From an uncultured delta proteobacterium (GTDB lineage Bacteria > Myxococcota > Myxococcia > Myxococcales > Anaeromyxobacteraceae): DNA of 64,000 nucleotides. The notes beneath the pieces were generated by a model that saw only the letters and a program-made list of their open reading frames with translations, was not told where the DNA came from and ran no database searches. Position 1 is the first letter of the stretch; every line of letters starts with the position of its first letter. The stretch spans positions 64,001 through 128,000 of the forward strand of contig CAWHDZ010000027.1 of NCBI GenBank assembly GCA_963828255.1, given 5' to 3'. The translations under genes were made by a program, and so were the position numbers. Shown here one piece after another: positions 58,247 through 64,000 of the stretch.

Positions 58247-59529
58247 TGTCCGGGGCCGGTCGCCACCCCGCGCTCGACTGCGTCCACTGCGGCTTCTGCC
58301 TGCCGGTCTGCCCCACCTGGACCGTCTGGGGGCGCGAGCCCGACTCGCCGCGCGGCCGCATCGAGATCGCCCGGGCCATGCTCGACGGCGCGACGCCCAC
58401 CGCCGAGATGGTCTCCCACCTCGACTCCTGCCTGGGCTGCATGGCCTGCCTGGCCGCCTGCCCATCCGGCGTGCGCTACGACGCGGTCATCGAGGAGGCC
58501 CGCTCCCGGGTCGAGGCCTCGGGAGTGCGGACCCCGGCCGACGCCGGCCGCCGCTCGGCCATCTTCTCCCTCTTCCCCCACCCGGGCCGGTTGCGGGTGG
58601 CGGCGGTCTTCCTCTGGCTCTGGCGGGTCACCGGCCTGCGCTGGCTCACCAGGGCCCTGGGCCTCACCCGGCTCCTGCCCTTCATCGGCCGCCTCGACGC
58701 GCTGGCGCCCGACCTGGGGTTCGGAGAGGTGACGTCGAGCCTCCCGGCCGGCGCCCGGGCGGCGGGGACGAGCCGCGGGCGGGTGGCGCTGGTGGGAGGC
58801 TGCGTGCAGCGGGTCTTCTTCCCCGGGGTGAACGAGGCCACGCTGCGGGTGCTCTCGGCCGAGGGCTACGACGTCGTGGTCCCCCTGGGGCAGGGCTGCT
58901 GCGGCGCGCTCTCCGTCCACGCCGGGCGGGACGAGGAGGCCCGCGCCATGACCCGCGCCCTGGTGGAGCGGCTCGAGGCCTCGGGCGCCGGCACCTTCCT
59001 GGTCAACGCCGCCGGCTGCGGATCGCACCTGAAGGACCTGGGGCATCTCTTCCGGAGCGACCCGGCCTGGCGGGACCGGGCCGTGCAGTTTTCACGGAAG
59101 GTGAAGGACGTCACCGAGTTCCTGGCCGCGGTGGCCCCCCGGGCGGCGCGCCACCCCATCCCGGGGAAGGTCGCCTACCACTCCCCCTGCCACCTGGGGC
59201 ACGCCCAGGGCATCCAGGACCCGCCGCGGGCGCTGCTCCGCGCCATCCCCGGGCTCGAGCTCGTCGAGGTCGCCGAGGGAGACCAGTGCTGCGGCAGCGC
59301 CGGCATCTACAACCTGGTGCAGGTCGAGGCCTCCGACGAGCTGGGGGCGCGCAAGGCGGCCAACGTGCTGGCCACGGGCGCGCCGTATCTCGCCAGCGCC
59401 AACCCGGGGTGCACGTTGCAGGTCCAGAGGGTGCTGCGCGAGAAGGGGGCGTCGGTCCAGGCCGCGCACCCCATCGAGATCCTCGACGCGTCGATCCAGG
59501 GGAAGCCGTTCCCGGGACGGCCGCGGTAG
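58246..59529 (+). CDS. glcF: Glycolate oxidase iron-sulfur subunit
   Basis: CVHCGFCLPVCP, SPRGRI, CLGCMACLAACPSGV and two CCG domains. Confidence 0.93.
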   Translation: MSGAGRHPALDCVHCGFCLPVCPTWTVWGREPDSPRGRIEIARAMLDGATPTAEMVSHLDSCLGCMACLAACPSGVRYDAVIEEARSRVEASGVRTPADAGRRSAIFSLFPHPGRLRVAAVFLWLWRVTGLRWLTRALGLTRLLPFIGRLDALAPDLGFGEVTSSLPAGARAAGTSRGRVALVGGCVQRVFFPGVNEATLRVLSAEGYDVVVPLGQGCCGALSVHAGRDEEARAMTRALVERLEASGAGTFLVNAAGCGSHLKDLGHLFRSDPAWRDRAVQFSRKVKDVTEFLAAVAPRAARHPIPGKVAYHSPCHLGHAQGIQDPPRALLRAIPGLELVEVAEGDQCCGSAGIYNLVQVEASDELGARKAANVLATGAPYLASANPGCTLQVQRVLREKGASVQAAHPIEILDASIQGKPFPGRPR

Positions 59530-59636
59530 CGCAGCCCGGGCGAATCCTTTGGCGACGGCGGGGCTCCTACCCGTGCCAGGCCGGGAGGTTCCCGCTAGAT
59601 CGAGGGTTCCCGCGTCGCGCGAAAGGACCGTTCCCC

Positions 59637-60029
59637 ATGAAGATCACGTTCGCCGCCCTCCTCCTCGCCATGGCCTTCCCGGCTCTCGCCGAGTCCGCCC
59701 TGGCCCCGTCCGGGGCCGTCGCTTCCGTCAAGCCCGGGGTGGTGGACGGGGCAACCGCGAAGCTGCTCGCCGCCTCCGGCGCGAAGGTGGTGGACGTCCG
59801 GACGCCCGGGGAGTTCGCCTCGGGCCACGTCCCGGGGGCCGTCAACATCCCCTTCGACGAGCTGCCCCGCCGCGCCGCCGAGATCGGGCCGACCTCCACC
59901 CCGGTGGTGCTCTACTGCCGCACCGGTCGCCGCAGCGGCATCGCCTCGGACGCCCTCCAGAAGGCCGGCTTCTCGAAGCTCTACGATTTCAAGTCGGTCA
60001 CCGCCTGGCCCGGAGAGCTGGCGAAGTGA
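59637..60029 (+). CDS. Exported single-domain rhodanese-like protein
   Basis: Signal peptide, DVRTPGEFASGHVPGAVNIP and active-site YCRTGRRS. Confidence 0.92.
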   Translation: MKITFAALLLAMAFPALAESALAPSGAVASVKPGVVDGATAKLLAASGAKVVDVRTPGEFASGHVPGAVNIPFDELPRRAAEIGPTSTPVVLYCRTGRRSGIASDALQKAGFSKLYDFKSVTAWPGELAK

Positions 60030-60051
60030 TCCGCGGTGGCGCCGGGCGGCG

Positions 60052-60528
60052 CTACCCCTCGGCCTTCACCTGCTGGGCCAGGTAGTTCTGGATCCCCACC
60101 TGCTCGACCAGGGTCAGCTGCGCCTCAAGCCAGTCGGCGTGCTCCTCCTCGTCGACGAGGATCTCCTCGAGGAGCTCGGCGGTGCCGTTGTCGCCCTTTC
60201 CGCGGCAGAACTCGACCCCGGCGTTGAGCACCGGGATGGCCCGCTTCTCGAGGGCGAGGTCGCTCTGCAGCTGCTCGAGCACGGTCTCGCCGATCTCGAG
60301 CTTGCCCAGCTTCTGGAGGTTGGGCATGCCGTCCAGGTAGAGGATGCGCTGGATCACCTGATCGGCGTGCTGCATCTCCTCGATCGACTCGGCGCGGACC
60401 TTCTTCCAGAGCCGCTCGTAGCCCCAGTTCTCGCAGAGCCGGGCGTGCAGGAAGTACTGGTTGATGGCGGTGAGCTCGTTGACGAGCACCTCGTTGAGCA
60501 GCGCGATGACCTTGGCGTCACCCTTCAT
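60052..60528 (-). CDS. bfr: Bacterioferritin
   Basis: MKGD start, [21 protein letters not shown] and [10 protein letters not shown]. Confidence 0.97.
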   Translation of the reverse strand: MKGDAKVIALLNEVLVNELTAINQYFLHARLCENWGYERLWKKVRAESIEEMQHADQVIQRILYLDGMPNLQKLGKLEIGETVLEQLQSDLALEKRAIPVLNAGVEFCRGKGDNGTAELLEEILVDEEEHADWLEAQLTLVEQVGIQNYLAQQVKAEG

Positions 60529-60546
60529 GTCGTCTCTCCTCGGCGG

Positions 60547-60756
60547 CTAGGCGGCCAGGCCGTTGCTGGGGCAGCCCGTGCAGGGAGTGGGACGGCACGG
60601 GCGGGCGGCGGCCACGATACGCTCGACCGACTCCGCGCAGCAACCACAGTCGGTGCCCGCGCCGGTGGACCGGACGATCTCCTTGAGCGAGCGCCCGGCC
60701 TCGGCGGCCATGCGCAGCTCGCGATCGGACACGACACGGCAGGAGCAGACGATCAT
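60547..60756 (-). CDS. bfd: Bacterioferritin-associated ferredoxin
   Basis: MIVCSC and GAGTDCGCC motifs, directly upstream of bfr. Confidence 0.9.
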   Translation of the reverse strand: MIVCSCRVVSDRELRMAAEAGRSLKEIVRSTGAGTDCGCCAESVERIVAAARPCRPTPCTGCPSNGLAA

Positions 60757-60791
60757 TGCGCCCTCCGGCCGGGAGCCCCGGCCGCTGATTC

Positions 60792-60811
60792 AATCTTGAG
60801 AATCATTATCA
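60792..60811. promoter_or_regulatory. Fur box
   Basis: TGAGAATCATTATCA (60797-60811) matches the 7-1-7 TGATAATnATTATCA consensus with one mismatch; AT-rich island upstream of bfd-bfr. Confidence 0.88.
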
Positions 60812-60857
60812 GCATGCTCCGTCCGGGTCAAGTCCTTCCCGGCCGCCCTCCCGGACG

Positions 60858-60863
60858 TAGAAT
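60858..60863 (+). promoter_or_regulatory. Candidate -10 element for a leaderless transcript
   Basis: TAGAAT 5 nt before ATG 60869; no Shine-Dalgarno sequence. Confidence 0.55.
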
Positions 60864-60868
60864 CCGGC

Positions 60869-62230
60869 ATGTCCCGCTTCCCGCAAGCCCGCCCCGTGAC
60901 GCCGGACGACCGTTCCCGCTCCCGCGTCGGGCTCGCGCTCGCGTCGGCGCTCGCCGCCTGGCTCCTGTGGGCCCAGATCTGGCCCCCGGCCGTGCCGCGC
61001 TTCGCCGGGGTGGACTTCGTGCAGTTCTGGGCGGTGGGGCAGGCCGCCCGGGGCGACGGGACCGTGGACGTCTACTCACCCCGGGGGCGGGAGCGTCTCG
61101 CCGCCTGGACCGGCGCGCGGGCCGCTGAATCCCGCTCGCCCAGGCTCCGGGCGGCGGCTGCGTACCGGCAGCGCTTCGAGACCTTCTCGACGCCCTTCCT
61201 GTACCAGTCGCTCGGCTGGATCGCGGGGGGCGACTACGACCGGGACCTGGCCGTCTTCCAGCGGGTCGGGACCGTGGCGGCGGCGGCGGCGGTGCTCCTC
61301 CTCGCCCACATGATGGGCTACGGGTGGACCGGCGGCCTGCTCGCCTTCCTCCTGCTCGGGCTGGCGAGCGAGCCGATGGCGAGCGACGTCCGGGTCGCCA
61401 ACGTGAACCGGCTCCAGCTGCTCGCCATGGCCGGCTGGATGTGGGCGCAGCGCTCCCCGTCCCCGGCGCGGCAGGTCTCGGCCGGGCTCCTGCTGGGGTT
61501 GCTCCTCGCCTTCAAGCCCACGCTCGGACCGGCGCTCGCCGTGCTGGTGCTCGTGGGGTGGGCCACCCGCCGGTGGCGGTCGATGGCACTCCAGGCGGCC
61601 GGCGTGGCGCTCTCGGGAGCGGCCGTGGTCGTGGCGACCTCGATGGCCTGGGGCTCCGCGCGGACCTGGTGGGACTGGGCGATGGCGCTGCGCTCGCTCG
61701 AGCGGGACGCCGACGTCACGCTGGCCAGCTACAACCTGGCCGCGGCGCAGGTGCTGTCGGGATGGGGGGTGCCGTCCCCCTCGACGATCCTGGCCGCGGT
61801 CCTGCTCGCCGTCACGGCGGCCGTCCTCTGGTCGGCCCGCCGCGGCGCCACCGGACCCGCCGACGCGGGGAGGCTGGGAATGGCGGCCGGATCGCTCGCC
61901 TTCGCCATCTCCCTGTGGCCCCTGCAGCTCGTGTGGCTCCACTACTACCTGCTCTTCACGCCGCTGGCCCTCTGGCTGCTGCGCCCCTCCGGCCCGGGAG
62001 AGGACGGCGGAGGCCGCTCCCTCGCCGAGCGCATGCTGGCCGCGGTGGCTGCGGTGGGCGCGCTGGGGAGCCCTCACCTGCTCCCGGCCGCGCGGGACAG
62101 CTTCCCGCTCCAGGCCGCCGCCTACATCCTGGGGGCCCTGTGCCTCATCTGCCTGGGCTGGGTGGAGCTCCACCGGGCGGCGCGAGGAGCAGCCGTCGCC
62201 CCGTCGCCGACAGCCGCGCCGGGTGGGTGA
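60869..62230 (+). CDS. Polytopic membrane protein, GT-C fold glycosyltransferase-like (GT87/DUF2029-like)
   Basis: DF motif after the first TM, many TM helices, ANVN, AFKP and LVWLHY motifs. Confidence 0.72.
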   Translation: MSRFPQARPVTPDDRSRSRVGLALASALAAWLLWAQIWPPAVPRFAGVDFVQFWAVGQAARGDGTVDVYSPRGRERLAAWTGARAAESRSPRLRAAAAYRQRFETFSTPFLYQSLGWIAGGDYDRDLAVFQRVGTVAAAAAVLLLAHMMGYGWTGGLLAFLLLGLASEPMASDVRVANVNRLQLLAMAGWMWAQRSPSPARQVSAGLLLGLLLAFKPTLGPALAVLVLVGWATRRWRSMALQAAGVALSGAAVVVATSMAWGSARTWWDWAMALRSLERDADVTLASYNLAAAQVLSGWGVPSPSTILAAVLLAVTAAVLWSARRGATGPADAGRLGMAAGSLAFAISLWPLQLVWLHYYLLFTPLALWLLRPSGPGEDGGGRSLAERMLAAVAAVGALGSPHLLPAARDSFPLQAAAYILGALCLICLGWVELHRAARGAAVAPSPTAAPGG

Positions 62231-62942
62231 ACCCCATCCTGGCGGCCCGGTACTCGAGCGCCGTGGCCAGCACGCCGAACCCGTAGGTCACGCTGCGGCG
62301 GAAGCCGATCGACGACGCCTCGGCGAAGTAGCGCGTCGGGCAGGAGATCTCCCCCACGTCGAAGCCGAACCAGAGCACCTGCGCGAGCATCTGGTTGTCG
62401 AAGACGAAGTCGTCCGAGTTCTCCTCGAGCGGCAGGGTCTCCAGGAGCCGCCGGGAGAAGGCGCGGTAGCCGGTGTGGTACTCGGAGAGCTTGTAGCCGA
62501 GCAGCAGGTTCTCGACCAAGGTGAGCCCCCGGTTGGCGACGTACTTCCAGAGCGGCATGCCGCCCTTGCGGGCCCCCACTCCCAGGATGCGCGAGCCCAG
62601 CACGCAGTCGAAGTGGCCGCTCGCCACCATGCCCGCCATGGCCGGGAGGAGCCGCGGCGAGTACTGGTAGTCCGGGTGGATCATCACCACGATGTCGGCG
62701 CCGCGGGCCAGCGCCTCGCGGTAGCAGGTCTTCTGGTTGCCCCCGTACCCCAGGTTCCGCTGGTGGATCACCACCTGCAGCCCGAGTTCCCGTGCCACCC
62801 GGACGGTCTCGTCGGGGCTGGCGTCGTCCACCAGCAGCACGTCGTCGGCGACGGAGCGGTCGATCTCGGCGCACGTGCGGGCCAGGGTCCTCTCGGCCTT
62901 GTAGGCCGGCATGACCACGCACACCCGCTTCCCGTCGATCAT
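62145..62942 (-). CDS. Glycosyltransferase family 2 (polyprenol-phosphate glycosyltransferase-like)
   Basis: [32 protein letters not shown] and [12 protein letters not shown] overlaps the msrQ stop. Confidence 0.92.
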   Translation of the reverse strand: MIDGKRVCVVMPAYKAERTLARTCAEIDRSVADDVLLVDDASPDETVRVARELGLQVVIHQRNLGYGGNQKTCYREALARGADIVVMIHPDYQYSPRLLPAMAGMVASGHFDCVLGSRILGVGARKGGMPLWKYVANRGLTLVENLLLGYKLSEYHTGYRAFSRRLLETLPLEENSDDFVFDNQMLAQVLWFGFDVGEISCPTRYFAEASSIGFRRSVTYGFGVLATALEYRAARMGFTHPARLSATGRRLLLAPPGGAPPSPGR

Positions 62943-63538
62943 GCCTCCCTCCGCCCGCGACGTGCCGCACGCACCCACCCCGGGATCCGCAGCGCGAGCA
63001 GCACCGCGAAGATCCCCGCGAAGAGGAGCGGCCTCTTCATGTCGGCCTTCACCCGCCAGGCGAAGTGGACCACCGAAAGCGCCGCGGCCAGGTAGACGAG
63101 CCGGTGCAGGAGCTTCCAGCGCCGGTACCCGAGCCGCCGCAGCCACCCGTCGGTGGAGGTGACGGCGAGCGGGGCCAGGCAGAGGAGGGCCGCGAATCCC
63201 ACCATGAGGAACGGGCGCCGGGTGAGGTCCAGGGAGATGGTCTGCCAGTCGAAGAACTTGTCCACGCCGACGTAGAAGAGGAAGTGGAGGAGCGCGTAGG
63301 CGAAGGCCGTGACCCCGAGCACGCGCCGGAGCCGCTGCGGCCAGGCCAGGCCGAGGTATTCCCCGGCCGGGGTTGGGACGAGCGAGAGGGCCAGGATGGT
63401 GATGGTCCAGAAGCCCAGCCGGTTCTGCACCGCCTCGACGGGGTTGGCGGAGAGACCGCCGGTGGCGGCGTCCCAGCCGATCTTGCCGATGGGCAGGAGG
63501 AGCACCGCCACCGCGGCGGGCTTGAGCCACCGCTTCAC
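62939..63538 (-). CDS. msrQ: Protein-methionine-sulfoxide reductase haem-binding membrane subunit
   Basis: [25 protein letters not shown] and WKLLHRLVY; directly downstream of msrP. Confidence 0.93.
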   Translation of the reverse strand: MKRWLKPAAVAVLLLPIGKIGWDAATGGLSANPVEAVQNRLGFWTITILALSLVPTPAGEYLGLAWPQRLRRVLGVTAFAYALLHFLFYVGVDKFFDWQTISLDLTRRPFLMVGFAALLCLAPLAVTSTDGWLRRLGYRRWKLLHRLVYLAAALSVVHFAWRVKADMKRPLLFAGIFAVLLALRIPGWVRAARRGRREA

Positions 63539-63540
63539 TT

Positions 63541-64000
63541 TTAGTAAAGCTTCCTCGGGTCGAGGCCGGCGTAGAGCCCCGCCACCTCGGCCCCGTATCC
63601 GTTGAACGGCAGCGTGTCGCGCCGGAAGAACTCGCCCAGGCGCCGCTCCTTCCCCTGGCTCCAGCGCGGGTGGTCCACCGCCGGGTTCACGTTGCCGTAG
63701 AAGCCGTACTCGGTGGGGGCCATGACCGCCCAGGTGGTGCGCGGCTGCTCCTCGACGAAGCGCATGCGCACGATCGACTTGGCCCCCTTGAAGCCGTACT
63801 TCCAGGGGGTGATGACCCGCAGCGGGGCGCCGTTCTGGGCGGGCAGCACCCGCCCGTAGAGCCCCACGGCGAGCAGCGTGAGCGGGTTCACCGCCTCGTC
63901 GATGCGAAGCGCCTCGGTGTAGGGCCAATCGAGGATGCGGCTCTTCTGGCCCGGCATCTGCGCCGGATCGAGCAGCGTCTGGAAGACCACGAACTTCGCC
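63541..64000 (-). CDS. msrP: Protein-methionine-sulfoxide reductase catalytic subunit (5'-truncated by the window edge)
   Basis: [42 protein letters not shown] and TLPFNGY. Confidence 0.95.
   Translation of the reverse strand, partial: AKFVVFQTLLDPAQMPGQKSRILDWPYTEALRIDEAVNPLTLLAVGLYGRVLPAQNGAPLRVITPWKYGFKGAKSIVRMRFVEEQPRTTWAVMAPTEYGFYGNVNPAVDHPRWSQGKERRLGEFFRRDTLPFNGYGAEVAGLYAGLDPRKLY

Overview
A very GC-rich (roughly 70% by eye) bacterial window of metabolic and transport genes. Gene content and protein style suggest an Anaeromyxobacter-like Myxococcota or deltaproteobacterium; this is an inference, not a search result. I found no rRNA, tRNA, CRISPR array, integrase or transposase. About 55 CDSs fall into these blocks: (1) a sigma54-type two-component system followed by two tandem periplasmic binding proteins and a Liv-type permease; (2) a trehalose locus with otsB, an otsA carrying a two-TM extracytoplasmic sensor-like N-terminal module, and a frameshifted GH15 hydrolase; (3) a CocE/NonD hydrolase, homospermidine synthase and a fold-III decarboxylase; (4) a ROK kinase and a coupled tal-pgi-pgm operon; (5) SDR, YebC, a decayed histidine-kinase relic, acyltransferase, flavin oxidoreductase and malic enzyme; (6) an OmpR-type two-component system next to a tetrahaem cytochrome c3; (7) acyl-CoA dehydrogenase plus an uncharacterised alpha/beta-hydrolase; (8) gpt plus a nucleoside ABC transporter; (9) an atypical two-subunit biotin-dependent carboxylase divergent from a Liv-type ABC transporter, acyl-CoA ligase and FabH; (10) a glyoxylate aminotransferase with glcDEF; (11) Fur-boxed bfd-bfr, a GT-C/GT2 pair and msrPQ. 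The best candidates for undescribed biology are the sensor-fused trehalose-6-phosphate synthase, the import-activate-condense fatty-acid module with its divergent oversized carboxylase, the dual binding-protein sigma54 locus, and a recurrent leaderless-promoter pattern that includes a 19-bp bidirectional promoter. All assignments come from motif recognition by eye; no database search was run.
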